A stretch of 64,000 bases of DNA from Nitrospinales bacterium (GCA_965223345.1 CBDCWG010000012.1:2624001-2688000); one strand, 5' to 3'; shown: positions 10,300-20,167, numbered from the stretch's first letter. Numbers and translations are program-made. Notes: a model not told the origin generated them from the sequence alone.

Positions 10300-10476
10300 T
10301 TAAAAGGAAACTTTTTTCCAGAAATCCTGCAGGTCCTGCACACCGAGTTTGTTTTTGTAATCCTCTTTTTCCTTTTCCAGCTTTTCGATGAGTTTCCCCT
10401 GCAGCTCGATGAGCTGCTCCTTCGCTCTCAACTCCTCCTTCAGTTTCCAGATGATGGCTGCGAGTCCCGTATTCAT
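10300..10476 (-). CDS. 58-aa coiled-coil microprotein (not in ORF track)
   Basis: MNTGLAAIIWKLKEELRAKEQLIELQGKLIEKLEKEKEDYKNKLGVQDLQDFWKKVSF*; AAAGGGGA RBS upstream. Confidence 0.65.
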   Translation of the reverse strand: MNTGLAAIIWKLKEELRAKEQLIELQGKLIEKLEKEKEDYKNKLGVQDLQDFWKKVSF

Positions 10477-10732
10477 GATGGTTCCCCTTTATGAATGTAG
10501 TTTGTTTTGTTCGCGCCCAGCATAGAACCCCTTTGTTAGCATCGCGATAGACTTTGGCATGGAGATGGTTTTTTTCGGAGCGGCACATCGTGCAGCCTGC
10601 GCTCCCGCACCGGGGGACGCGTTTATTTCTTTGTTGCTAAAGCGGTTTTCCGGTTGAGATAATGATTTGACCGCGTTTTCCCGGCGGGCCGGGCCGGGGA
10701 CGCAAGCGCCAATCCCAACTCACAGGTGTCGT

Positions 10733-11416
10733 TTGATCGACGTTTTCAACCTTTCCAAAATCTATCGGCTGGGCAATCAGGATGTCCCTGCCCTTTTGAA
10801 CGCCACGTTCAGCTTTGCGCCGGGGGAGTTCGTCGCCATCATGGGGCCTTCGGGCAGCGGCAAATCGACGCTCATGAACCTGATGGGCTGTCTGGACCGG
10901 CCCACGTCGGGGACGTACCGGCTGGAGGATTACGACATCCAGTCGCTCAGCTCCAACGAGCTGGCGGAGGTGCGCAACCGCAGGATCGGCTTCGTGTTTC
11001 AAAGCTTCAACCTGCTGCCGCGCGCTTCGGCGCTGGAGAACATCGAGCTGCCGCTGTTGTACGGCCGGGTGCCGCATTCCCGGGAACAGGCGCTGGCAGC
11101 GCTCGACCGGGTGGGGCTTGCGGAGCGGGCGAATCACAAACCGGCGGAGCTTTCCGGCGGCGAGCGGCAACGCGTCGCCATCGCGCGGGCCATCGTCAAC
11201 AACCCCGCTATCGTGCTGGCGGACGAGCCGACAGGCAACCTGGATTCCAAGACGGGTGAGGAAATCATGGAGATCTTCACGCGCCTGAACGCGGAAGGCG
11301 TGCTGATCGTGCTGGTGACGCACGAGATGGACATCGCCCGCTATGCCCGCCGCATCCTCAACATGAAAGACGGCGAGATCGTTGCTGATTCGCTGCGCGA
11401 GGAGGTCGCGCTGTAA
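10733..11416 (+). CDS. ABC transporter ATP-binding protein, MacB/LolD type
   Basis: [31 protein letters not shown] start inferred. Confidence 0.92.
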   Translation: MIDVFNLSKIYRLGNQDVPALLNATFSFAPGEFVAIMGPSGSGKSTLMNLMGCLDRPTSGTYRLEDYDIQSLSSNELAEVRNRRIGFVFQSFNLLPRASALENIELPLLYGRVPHSREQALAALDRVGLAERANHKPAELSGGERQRVAIARAIVNNPAIVLADEPTGNLDSKTGEEIMEIFTRLNAEGVLIVLVTHEMDIARYARRILNMKDGEIVADSLREEVAL

Positions 11417-12624
11417 TGCTGATCTGGGACCTAATCCGCATGGCGTTGCGTTCACTGGTGGCCAACAAGCTGCGCACGTTTCTCACGACGCTCGGCATCA
11501 TCATCGGCGTGGCTTCGGTGATCTCGATGATCTCGATCGGCGAAGGCGCGCGCCAGCAGACGCTGAGCACGATTTCCAAGTTCGGCACCAACCTGATCTC
11601 CATCCGGCCGGGCCGCAAAAAGACCCGGCACGTGTCCTCCGACCGGGTGGTGACGCTGACCTACAACGACGCCCGGGCGATCGAGGAGAGCGTGCCGCTC
11701 ATCACCGGCGTCGCGCCGCAGGTGTACCGGGCGGCGCAGCTCAAGTTCGGCAACAAGAACACCAACACGACGGTGCGCGGCACCGGCAAGAGCTACGGCC
11801 GGCTGGCGAATTTCACCATCGACCGCGGCCGCTATTTCAATCAGGACGAAGTGCAGACCTCGCGGCAGGTGGCGGTGCTCGGCGCGACGGTGGTGAAAAA
11901 CCTGTTCGAGGGTGTAAACCCGATCGGACAGTCGCTCAAGGTGGACGGCAAGAACTACCTCGTCATCGGCAAGATGGAAGCGAAGGGGGCGCTGAGCTGG
12001 TTCGACCCGGACGACCAGATCTTCATCCCGGTCACCACGGCGCAAAAGCGCCTGTTCGGCATGGACCACGTGCAATCGATCGACGTGCAGGCGGCCAAGA
12101 TCGAGGATCTGGAGATCATCAAACAGGAGATCGAGCTGCTGCTCAGGCTCAGGCACAACATCCGCGAGGGCGAGGAAAGCGATTTCCACGTGCAGAATTC
12201 CTCCGAATGGCTGAACAGCTGGGGCGATGCGGCGAAGACGTTCACCTATCTGCTGGGCGGCATCGCCTTCATCTCGCTGATGGTGGGCGGCATCGGCATC
12301 ATGAACATCATGCTGGTGTCGGTCACGGAACGCACGCGGGAGATCGGCATCCGCATCGCCATCGGCGCCAAGAAACGGGAGATCCTCGAGCAGTTTCTCA
12401 TCGAATCGGTGGTCATGAGTTTTCTCGGCGGCGGCATCGGTATCCTGCTCGGCACGTTCATCTCCAAGGCCGTGTCTTCGCTGGGCGGCTGGGACACCAT
12501 CATCTCGATGCAGTCGATCCTGCTGGCGTTCGGGTTTTCGGTGGCCGTGGGCGTCTTCTTCGGTTTCTACCCCGCCAGAAAAGCGGCGAACCTCAACCCC
12601 ATCGACGCCCTGAGATACGAGTGA
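11416..12624 (+). CDS. MacB/FtsX-family ABC permease
   Basis: LTTLGIIIGVASV, GGIGIMNIMLVSVTERTREIGIR, PIDALRYE. Confidence 0.93.
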   Translation: MLIWDLIRMALRSLVANKLRTFLTTLGIIIGVASVISMISIGEGARQQTLSTISKFGTNLISIRPGRKKTRHVSSDRVVTLTYNDARAIEESVPLITGVAPQVYRAAQLKFGNKNTNTTVRGTGKSYGRLANFTIDRGRYFNQDEVQTSRQVAVLGATVVKNLFEGVNPIGQSLKVDGKNYLVIGKMEAKGALSWFDPDDQIFIPVTTAQKRLFGMDHVQSIDVQAAKIEDLEIIKQEIELLLRLRHNIREGEESDFHVQNSSEWLNSWGDAAKTFTYLLGGIAFISLMVGGIGIMNIMLVSVTERTREIGIRIAIGAKKREILEQFLIESVVMSFLGGGIGILLGTFISKAVSSLGGWDTIISMQSILLAFGFSVAVGVFFGFYPARKAANLNPIDALRYE

Positions 12625-12691
12625 CCCGCGCTTGCTTCTGCGTATCGCCTGAATTATCTTTAATGAAACCCATCAACCAACCGAGCGGATC

Positions 12692-14191
12692 ATGATCATT
12701 CAACCCGACCGCGATCGCTACGCCGATCTGTGCCGGAAATCCAGACGCGTTCCCGTCTGCGGGGTCCTTCCCCTGGAGAGCTTCGATCCGGTGCGTGTGC
12801 ACCGGGCGCTGTTCGGCGATTCGGCGGATTCGTTCATCTTCGACAGCGGCAAGGGACCCGACGCCACCGCGCGCTACACGTTTCTGGGGATCTCCAATTC
12901 GCGCGGCCTGCGCATCCAGAACGGCACGACGACGCTGATCCAGCCGGACGGCAGCGAGCGCGTGGCTGGCGGCCGCGAGGCCGGATGGAATTTGCTCGAC
13001 TTCAACGCCTCGGTGCAGGCGGTGGATTACCTGCCGCATTTCTGGGGCGGCTGGGTCGGCTACTTCGGCTACGAGGTGGCGGACTGGTTCGAATCTTTAC
13101 CGCCGCGCAAGCTCGACGACCTGGATCTGCCGGATGTGCGTTTCATGCAGGTGGACTGCCTCTGGGTGTACGACCACAGCGAACGCGTGCTCAAGATGGT
13201 GGTGTCCGACGTCAACGACGGCACCGGCGGCGATTACGATATGCGGGTGCGCGAAGTCCGGGGCATGGAGAAGCGGGTGCAGGGCGTGCTCGCCCGCCGC
13301 AACGGCCACCCCAGCGCGCCGGCTCCGGTGCAGGATGCGGGGGAACGCAGGACCGGCAACGGGTTGCGCGCCAACATGACGCGGCAGGAATACATGGATC
13401 GGGTGGAAAACGCCAAATCCTACATCCGCGAGGGCGACATCTATCAGGCGAACATCGCGCAGCGCTTCGAATTCCCCACGTCCGACCGGGCGCTGGATCT
13501 GTTCGCCCGGCTGAGACGGGTCAACCCGTCGCCGTTTTCCGGCTATCTCAAGTTCAAGGACTGGGCCATCGTCAGTTCCTCGCCCGAACGCCTCGTCAAG
13601 GTGGACGGCGCGCGCATCGAGACGCGGCCCATCGCGGGCACGCGGCCGCGCGGCGGCGATGCGGAAAACGACGTGCGGCTTTCTCAGGAACTTTTGCTCA
13701 ACGAGAAGGAACGCGCCGAACACCTGATGCTGGTCGATCTGGAGCGCAACGACCTGGGGCGGCTGTGCCGCGAGGGCGGCGTACGCGTCACGGACCTGAT
13801 GTTCCTGGAGCAATATTCGCACGTGCACCACATCGTTTCCAATATCGAGGGCGACCTGAAACCGGGTGTCAGCGTGCGCGACATCCTGCGCGCCGTGTTT
13901 CCGGGCGGCACGATCACCGGTTGTCCCAAGGTGCGCTGCATGGAGATCATCCACGAACTGGAACCGAACGTGCGCGGGCCCTACTCCGGATCGTTTGGCT
14001 ACATCGGCTTCGCGCCGCATCTGGACCTCAACATCCTGATCCGCACCATTTTGCTGAAGCGGGGCCGGGCGTATTTTCACGCCGGGGCGGGCATCGTGGC
14101 GGATTCGAAACCGGAAAAGGAATACCAGGAGACGCTGGACAAAGCCGCGGCGATGATCGAAGTGCTGTCCGCGGGCCGGGGGGACGCGTGA
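12692..14191 (+). CDS. pabB: Chorismate-binding enzyme, aminodeoxychorismate synthase component I (PabB/TrpE family)
   Basis: SSSPERL, PIAGTRPRG, KERAEHLMLVDLERNDL, FPGGTITGCPK; NPSPFS rather than NPSPYM; upstream of class IV aminotransferase. Confidence 0.72.
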   Translation: MIIQPDRDRYADLCRKSRRVPVCGVLPLESFDPVRVHRALFGDSADSFIFDSGKGPDATARYTFLGISNSRGLRIQNGTTTLIQPDGSERVAGGREAGWNLLDFNASVQAVDYLPHFWGGWVGYFGYEVADWFESLPPRKLDDLDLPDVRFMQVDCLWVYDHSERVLKMVVSDVNDGTGGDYDMRVREVRGMEKRVQGVLARRNGHPSAPAPVQDAGERRTGNGLRANMTRQEYMDRVENAKSYIREGDIYQANIAQRFEFPTSDRALDLFARLRRVNPSPFSGYLKFKDWAIVSSSPERLVKVDGARIETRPIAGTRPRGGDAENDVRLSQELLLNEKERAEHLMLVDLERNDLGRLCREGGVRVTDLMFLEQYSHVHHIVSNIEGDLKPGVSVRDILRAVFPGGTITGCPKVRCMEIIHELEPNVRGPYSGSFGYIGFAPHLDLNILIRTILLKRGRAYFHAGAGIVADSKPEKEYQETLDKAAAMIEVLSAGRGDA

Positions 14192-15081
14192 CAGCGGGAA
14201 ACGGCATCGTGTTTGTGAACGGCCTGTACCGGCCGCAGGAACGGGCCCGGGTTTCAGTGCTGGACCGGGGATTTCTGTACGGCGACGGCCTGTTCGAGAC
14301 GATGCGCGCCTACGGCGGCAACGTGTTCGGTCTCGACGCCCACCTCGCGCGGCTGCGCCGCTCGCTGGAGCTGATCTTTCTCGATCTGCCCATGACGGAC
14401 GGCGAGCTGAAGACCGCCCTGAATGCCACTCTTATGAAAAACGGCTGCCTGGATGCGATCGTGCGCCTCATGGTGAGCCGGGGGGAGCAGGCCGCTGCGG
14501 GGCCAGTGATCGACGACACGGCGGCGCCGACGGTGGTTGCGCTCACGCGTTCCACGATCCCGCTGCCGCAATCGGCTTATGAAGAGGGCGTGCGCATCGC
14601 TCTTTTTCCCCGAAGCGCGGTGCGCACCAGCGGACTGGCTCAGCAGGTGAAATCCTGCAATTACCTGTCGCACATCGTCGTGCGCGAGCTGGCCGGACGC
14701 ACGCAGGCGGAGGAAGGGATCTTCATGGACTGCGGCGGCCGCATCACCGAAGGGACCATGAGCAATCTGTTTCTGGTGAAGGAAGGGCGGCTGAAAACCC
14801 CCGAGCTGAATCCGTTCATCCTTCCCGGCATCACGCGCCAGATCGTGCTGGAGCTGGCGGCGGAAAGCGGCATCCCCTGCGATGAAGCGGGGCTGCTGGC
14901 GGAGGATGTGTACAAGGCGGACGAGGTGTTTCTCACCAATTCGGCGATCGAAATCCTGCCGGTGCGCGCGGCGGACGGCCGCCCGATCGGCGAGGGCGCG
15001 CCGGGGCCGGTGACGCGTTCCCTGTGCGGAACATTCCGGGACCGGGTTGAAAAACAAGCGCGCTGCGCGGATACGGGCTGA
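14188..15081 (+). CDS. PLP class IV aminotransferase / ADC lyase (PabC-like)
   Basis: GTGA overlap with pabB stop; DRGFLYGDGLFETMR, KSCNY, EGTMSN, LPGITR. Confidence 0.85.
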   Translation: MTAGNGIVFVNGLYRPQERARVSVLDRGFLYGDGLFETMRAYGGNVFGLDAHLARLRRSLELIFLDLPMTDGELKTALNATLMKNGCLDAIVRLMVSRGEQAAAGPVIDDTAAPTVVALTRSTIPLPQSAYEEGVRIALFPRSAVRTSGLAQQVKSCNYLSHIVVRELAGRTQAEEGIFMDCGGRITEGTMSNLFLVKEGRLKTPELNPFILPGITRQIVLELAAESGIPCDEAGLLAEDVYKADEVFLTNSAIEILPVRAADGRPIGEGAPGPVTRSLCGTFRDRVEKQARCADTG

Positions 15082-15108
15082 ACTTCAGGTACGGCGGGCT
15101 TAAAAACA

Positions 15109-15137
15109 TTGCCGTGAATATGCAAAAATGATAGTCT
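15109..15137 (+). promoter_or_regulatory. Putative sigma70 promoter
   Basis: TTGCCG-17bp-TAGTCT with extended -10 TG. Confidence 0.45.
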
Positions 15138-15192
15138 TTTCAACCGGTTCAGCAGTACAACGTGGCTTTTTACCTCATCTTCCTGCAAGCAA

Positions 15193-15618
15193 ATGACTTC
15201 CAACGAGCGATTTCACGACAATCCCAGCGGGGTGATCACCGACTCCGCGAATGCGAAAGACTGGCTGCCCAAGGACTCGTATCAGGATCTGGGGAAATGG
15301 TCGAACTGGCTCGAAGCGCAGAGCTACATCCTGCTCATGAAGCAGGTCTACGCCGGAGGGTTCAGCGACTGGAGGATGCCGACGAAAGAAGAGGCTTTGA
15401 GCCTGTTCGACGAGGACCACACTTCGCTGGACTGGGAATCCAACGACGTTCACATCGCCACCGTGTTCGTTCCCAAATGCTCCTATTACCTCTGGACCAG
15501 TGATGTGAACGAGAACGATCAGGCGCTGCGGGTCGATCTCAGGGACGGGTCCAGCGAGTACGTCGATAAAAGCCTGCGCGACCAGCACGCCACGCGGCTG
15601 ATCCGCGACAAATCCTGA
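15193..15618 (+). CDS. DUF1566 (Lcl C-terminal-like) protein
   Basis: G-VITD...W, AGGFSDWRMPTKEE, LWTSD, RLIRD motifs. Confidence 0.8.
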   Translation: MTSNERFHDNPSGVITDSANAKDWLPKDSYQDLGKWSNWLEAQSYILLMKQVYAGGFSDWRMPTKEEALSLFDEDHTSLDWESNDVHIATVFVPKCSYYLWTSDVNENDQALRVDLRDGSSEYVDKSLRDQHATRLIRDKS

Positions 15619-15627
15619 CGGGTTTCT

Positions 15628-16029
15628 CTACGATCCGGTGTCTTCCGGGAAGGCCAGCTTCCAGAAGGAGGCCGAATCCAGTGTGTCCAGGGAGCGGCCG
15701 CGGTACTCCTCCTTTTCCAGAACGACTTCCTCCACGCCCGCATCCCGGCCGGTGACCACATGCACATCCGCGTGTTTTGTATTTTCGAAACCGCCGAACA
15801 GGGTGGCTTTTTGCGTGGGCGGCAGAGACAGGGGCAGCCGCCGGGCGGTTCGCCTCTCGTTTGCCGGATCGTTGCAATCGACGCACAGCCTGTCCCCGGC
15901 CACCCAGCAATGGATGCGTTCGTCCTCGGTTTTTCCCGGAACGAACACCTTGTCGCCGACGCGCAGCGCGTATTCGGGGCTGAATTTGCCGGGAAACCAG
16001 ACTTTTCCTGTGTCGTCGATTTGCGCCAT
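15628..16029 (-). CDS. Hypothetical protein
   Basis: 133 aa ORF with AAGGA RBS and host-like codon usage; fills intergenic gap. Confidence 0.7.
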   Translation of the reverse strand: MAQIDDTGKVWFPGKFSPEYALRVGDKVFVPGKTEDERIHCWVAGDRLCVDCNDPANERRTARRLPLSLPPTQKATLFGGFENTKHADVHVVTGRDAGVEEVVLEKEEYRGRSLDTLDSASFWKLAFPEDTGS

Positions 16030-16119
16030 ACGGCTTGGAGTCCTTATTTAACCGGGGAATCCCCCCATGACAGACGGCAAGAGACGATAGCAGATTGTCC
16101 CTGTGGCCTCAAGTGAACG

Positions 16120-17259
16120 ATGGATTCTTTGCACGCACGACTGCAAAAAGAGCTGGACCGGCTGCGCCGGGAGAACCTGGAGCGTAAGGTGGCCGTGCAC
16201 GGCGGGGTGCAGCTGAACCTGTCCGCCAACGACTACCTGAACCTGCGTTCGCACCCGGATGTGATCGCCGCGGCGCAGCGGACGGCCGAGCGCTACGGCA
16301 CCGGCAGCGGCGCCTCTCCCCTGCTCTCGGGATTTCTGCCCTGCCACCGCGATCTGCTGGAACGGCTGAAGCAATGGAAGGGCAAGCCGCACGGGATGTT
16401 GTTCAACAGCGGGTTTCTCGCCAATCAGGCCCTCATGCACCACCTGCCGGGGAAAACCGATCTGGTGCTGGCGGACAAGCTCGTCCACCATTCGATCGTG
16501 CAGGCGCTGATGCGCGGGCAGGCCAAATTCAAACGCTACCGGCACCTGGATCTCGATCACCTTGAGAAGCTATTGGAAGCGGAGCGGGGTCAGTATGAAA
16601 CCGTGTTCGTGGTGACGGAAAGCGTGTTCAGCATGGACGGCGATCATCCGGACCTTGTGCGGCTGGCGGCTCTGAAAGAGAAGTTTGCGTTCACCTGGGT
16701 GCTGGACGAGGCGCACGCCACCGGGGTGTTCGGCCCCACCGGCGGCGGTCTGGCTGAAGCGATGGGGGTGCTGGATGCGGTGGACATCCTGGTCGGCACG
16801 CTCGGGAAAGCGCTCGCCAGCATGGGCGCGTACGTTCTGTGTTCCTCGCAGACGCTGACCGATTATCTGACCAACCGCGCCGGGGAGTTCATTTATTCGA
16901 CCTTCCTGGCTCCGGCGCAGGCGGGTGCGGCGCTGGCCGCACTGGACATCGTTCAGGCGGCGGACAAGCAGCGCAAGGACCTCAGAGCGCTGTCACGCTG
17001 GCTGCGCGAGCGGTTGCAGGCACAGGGCTGGCAAACTCCGGACGGGGAATCGCCCATCGTTCCGATCCTGGTGGGGGATGCGGACAAGGCGCTGAGTCTG
17101 CGCGACCGTCTGCTGCAGCAGGGCATCCTCACCGGCGCGGTACGTCCGCCCACGGTGCCCGCGGGAACGGCGCGGCTGCGCGTGTCGCTGCATGCGGGCG
17201 TGTCGCGCGAACAGCTGCAAGGGATGCTCGATCTTCTGGGGAACGGGGACGCCCGATGA
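16120..17259 (+). CDS. bioF: 8-amino-7-oxononanoate synthase
   Basis: SANDYL, ESVFSMDGD, DEAHATG, GTLGKALAS, RPPTVPAGTARLR. Confidence 0.92.
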   Translation: MDSLHARLQKELDRLRRENLERKVAVHGGVQLNLSANDYLNLRSHPDVIAAAQRTAERYGTGSGASPLLSGFLPCHRDLLERLKQWKGKPHGMLFNSGFLANQALMHHLPGKTDLVLADKLVHHSIVQALMRGQAKFKRYRHLDLDHLEKLLEAERGQYETVFVVTESVFSMDGDHPDLVRLAALKEKFAFTWVLDEAHATGVFGPTGGGLAEAMGVLDAVDILVGTLGKALASMGAYVLCSSQTLTDYLTNRAGEFIYSTFLAPAQAGAALAALDIVQAADKQRKDLRALSRWLRERLQAQGWQTPDGESPIVPILVGDADKALSLRDRLLQQGILTGAVRPPTVPAGTARLRVSLHAGVSREQLQGMLDLLGNGDAR

Positions 17260-17906
17260 TCGTCGCCGCCGTTGCGGGCTGGGCGATTCCCGGCGACTGG
17301 TTCGAAACAATCGTGCGCGATGCGTTTCCCGGCGCGACGGTGCACACATTATTGCCCAAAGACCCCGCCGACGCGCAGGAAGCGAAAGCGTTGTTGCAAT
17401 CGGTGCGCGCCGATCTTTACCTCGGGCATTCGCTCGGCAGCCTGTGGCTTCTCACGCACCGGGCGTTCATGCCTGAAAAAGCCGAGAGAGCGCTGCTGGC
17501 TCCCATCCTCGCATTCTGCCGCGAACGGGATAAGGGTGGCAAAACGGTCGAAACCCAACTAAAATACCTCATCAGGGTGTTGACGCGAAGCCCGGAACAG
17601 CGCTCCCCCCTGCTGGATTTTCATGTGGACTGCGGCGTTGCGTTCACCGCATCCGAAATGAAGTCGCTTCCGGACTCCGCTGTTTTGCTGAACGGTCTGA
17701 AGTTCCTGCAGACCGCCCTGGTTTCTGCAGACGCTGCGACGGGTTTTTACGCCTGCGTGGGGGAGCGGGATCCTTTTCTGGATGCGGACCGCCTGAAACA
17801 ACTCATTCCCGGCCTGGAAGTCCTTCCCGGCGCGGGGCATTCTCCTGTGCCGCTGGTTCTGAGACTGGCGGAACGATGGCATCAATCCGGTCGTCAAACT
17901 CCATGA
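17256..17906 (+). CDS. Alpha/beta hydrolase, probable pimeloyl-ACP methyl ester esterase (BioH-like role)
   Basis: ATGA overlap with bioF; GWA, GHSLG nucleophile elbow, GERD, GAGHSP. Confidence 0.7.
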   Translation: MIVAAVAGWAIPGDWFETIVRDAFPGATVHTLLPKDPADAQEAKALLQSVRADLYLGHSLGSLWLLTHRAFMPEKAERALLAPILAFCRERDKGGKTVETQLKYLIRVLTRSPEQRSPLLDFHVDCGVAFTASEMKSLPDSAVLLNGLKFLQTALVSADAATGFYACVGERDPFLDADRLKQLIPGLEVLPGAGHSPVPLVLRLAERWHQSGRQTP

Positions 17907-20167
17907 AAATTTTCGGCATTGATTTCACCAGTGCGCCGCGCCCCGGCAAGCCGATCACCTGCGCGCACGCGGTGTTCAAAAAGGATTCCGGGCTCACCGT
18001 GGACAAGGTGGAAGCCTGGGAGTCGTTTGCGGAATTCGAAGCGTTTTTGCAGCGCAAGGGAGCCTGGTGGGCGGGCATGGATCTGCCGCTGGGCCTGCCG
18101 GCGGCGTTTCTTAAGGCCGCGTCGCTGCCGGATCAATGGCCGCGCTACGTGCGCGCGGTGGCGCGCCTGAAAAAAGACGGGTTTGAGAAAAAAATCCGGC
18201 AGTTTCAAAAACGCCGCGCCAAAGGGGAGAAGGAACCGCTGCGCCTCACCGATGCCTGGGCCGGTGCGAAAAGCACGCTCAAACTCACCAACCCTCCCGT
18301 CGGCAAGATGTTCTTCGAAGGGACAGGAAGGCTGCTCAAGGCGGGGGTCGCCGTGCTGCCGGTGCACGCGAACACGGACAAACGCATTGTGGTCGAAACC
18401 TACCCTGCCCTGTTGGCGCGCCGCTTTGCGGGCAAGTACAAGCGAGACAACGGGCGCAGTGATGCAGCGGAGGAAAAGCAGCGCAAGGCCATCGTCAAGG
18501 GCCTCCGCTCCGCCGCGTTGCAGGCCGAATTCGGTTTCCCGGTGCGGGTGTCCGCCAAACTCGTTCCGCAGTTGACTGCGGACGGTTCCGGGGATTGTCT
18601 GGATGCGGTGTTGTGTGCGGTGCAGGCGGCTTGGGCGTACCAGAACAAGAAACCGGGCAACCGGATTCCGGGCAGCGGGCATCCGCTGATTCAGACCGAA
18701 GGCTGGATCGTCGATCCGCGCTTGCAGCCGGGTGCTCCGGTTTCTCAGCCGCGCAGGGTCAAAAGCGCGGTGCCGCGGAACGATGCCGCGCAGCCGGAAC
18801 AGTTCAGCCTGATGAAGCAGGTGCAGCGCCTTTCCGACATCGGCCGGGCGCTGTCCGGCGAGCTGCATCTCAATTCGCTGCTGGATGTGATCATGAAGGA
18901 GGCGCGGATACTGACCGGCGCGGACGGCGGCACGCTGTACACGCTTTCCAAGAACGAACTGCATTTTAAAATCGTGCAGAACGACAGCCTCGGCATCCAC
19001 ATGGGCGGCCGCGACGGCGAGAAGATCCCCTTCCCTCCCGTCGAGCTGGATGAATCGAACGTGTCGGCCTACGTGGCGCTGCACGGCGAGCCGGTGCTGA
19101 TCGAGGACGTCTACAATTATGAAAAATTCGATTTTACCGGTCCCAAGAAATTCGACGAACGCGAGAACTACCGCACGCAATCGATGCTGGTGGTGCCGCT
19201 GCGCGACCCGGAGAGCAAGGTGATCGGGGTGTTGCAGCTTTTGAACGCGCGGGACTCGAAAAACCAAGTGGTGCCCTTCTCTCCCGAGAGCCAGAGCCTC
19301 GTGGAATCGCTGGCCTCGCAGGCTTCGGTGGCGATCCGCAACGCGACGCTCGTCAGCGACCTGCAGGGGGCGAACTTCGAGCTCATCCACGCGCGCGACA
19401 AGGCGCTTGAGGCGAGCCGCTCCAAATCCAGCTTCCTCGCCAACATGAGCCACGAGTTGCGGACGCCGATGAACGCGATCATCGGCTACAGCGAGATGCT
19501 CGCCGAGGACGCCAAGGATCAGGGCCTGGATGAATTCGAGTCCGACCTGGAAAAGATCAACACGGCAGGCAAGCACCTGCTGGCGCTCATCAACGATATT
19601 CTGGACCTGTCGAAGATCGAAGCGGGCAAGATGGAGATCAACCTGGAGGTGTTCGACATCGCCGATCTGGTGCAGGAAGTGGTGGCGACGATCCAGCCGC
19701 TGGCGGAAAAAAACGACAACGATCTGATCGTCACCGCGCCGGAAAACCTGGGCAGCATGAACGCGGACATCGTGCGGGTGAAGCAGATGCTGTTCAACCT
19801 CATGAGCAACGCCTGCAAGTTCACGCAGGACGGAACCGTCGAACTGAAGATCCTGCGCGAGAAGCAGGACAACGTGGACTGGATCCGTTTTCACATCTCG
19901 GATACCGGGATCGGCATTTCCCCGTTCGAACTGAAAAAGCTTTTCACCGATTTTGCGCAGATCGACCCTTCCAACACGCGCAAATTCGGCGGCACCGGCC
20001 TGGGGCTGGCGATCAGCCGCCGGTTCTGCCGCATGATGGGGGGCGACATCACGGTGCAGAGCAAGCTGGGGAAAGGGTCCACCTTCACCATTCAGCTTCC
20101 GGCGACGGTGACGCGGCAGATCCACCCCATGCGGCGGGCCTCCGATTTCCGCAAAGAGCCGGTGTGA
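17903..20167 (+). CDS. DUF429 (RNase H-like) - GAF - HisKA - HATPase fusion histidine kinase
   Basis: GIDFTSAP, DLPLGLP, ETYP, GDCLDAVLCA, EGWI; GAF motif YRTQSMLVVPL...GVLQLLN; FLANMSHELRTP, NACKFT, DTGIGI, GGTGLGL. Confidence 0.85.
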   Translation: MKIFGIDFTSAPRPGKPITCAHAVFKKDSGLTVDKVEAWESFAEFEAFLQRKGAWWAGMDLPLGLPAAFLKAASLPDQWPRYVRAVARLKKDGFEKKIRQFQKRRAKGEKEPLRLTDAWAGAKSTLKLTNPPVGKMFFEGTGRLLKAGVAVLPVHANTDKRIVVETYPALLARRFAGKYKRDNGRSDAAEEKQRKAIVKGLRSAALQAEFGFPVRVSAKLVPQLTADGSGDCLDAVLCAVQAAWAYQNKKPGNRIPGSGHPLIQTEGWIVDPRLQPGAPVSQPRRVKSAVPRNDAAQPEQFSLMKQVQRLSDIGRALSGELHLNSLLDVIMKEARILTGADGGTLYTLSKNELHFKIVQNDSLGIHMGGRDGEKIPFPPVELDESNVSAYVALHGEPVLIEDVYNYEKFDFTGPKKFDERENYRTQSMLVVPLRDPESKVIGVLQLLNARDSKNQVVPFSPESQSLVESLASQASVAIRNATLVSDLQGANFELIHARDKALEASRSKSSFLANMSHELRTPMNAIIGYSEMLAEDAKDQGLDEFESDLEKINTAGKHLLALINDILDLSKIEAGKMEINLEVFDIADLVQEVVATIQPLAEKNDNDLIVTAPENLGSMNADIVRVKQMLFNLMSNACKFTQDGTVELKILREKQDNVDWIRFHISDTGIGISPFELKKLFTDFAQIDPSNTRKFGGTGLGLAISRRFCRMMGGDITVQSKLGKGSTFTIQLPATVTRQIHPMRRASDFRKEPV

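Noticed and set aside
10553..10572. Sigma54-like TGGCA half sites at 10555, 46033, 48885 and 59989
   Set aside because: Lack the -12 GC at the required spacing
12730..14187. 783-aa ORF suggesting a long fusion to the aminotransferase
   Set aside because: N-terminal part is an alternative frame over pabB; real start is GTG 14188. Same artefact for 16839 and 42409 ORF starts
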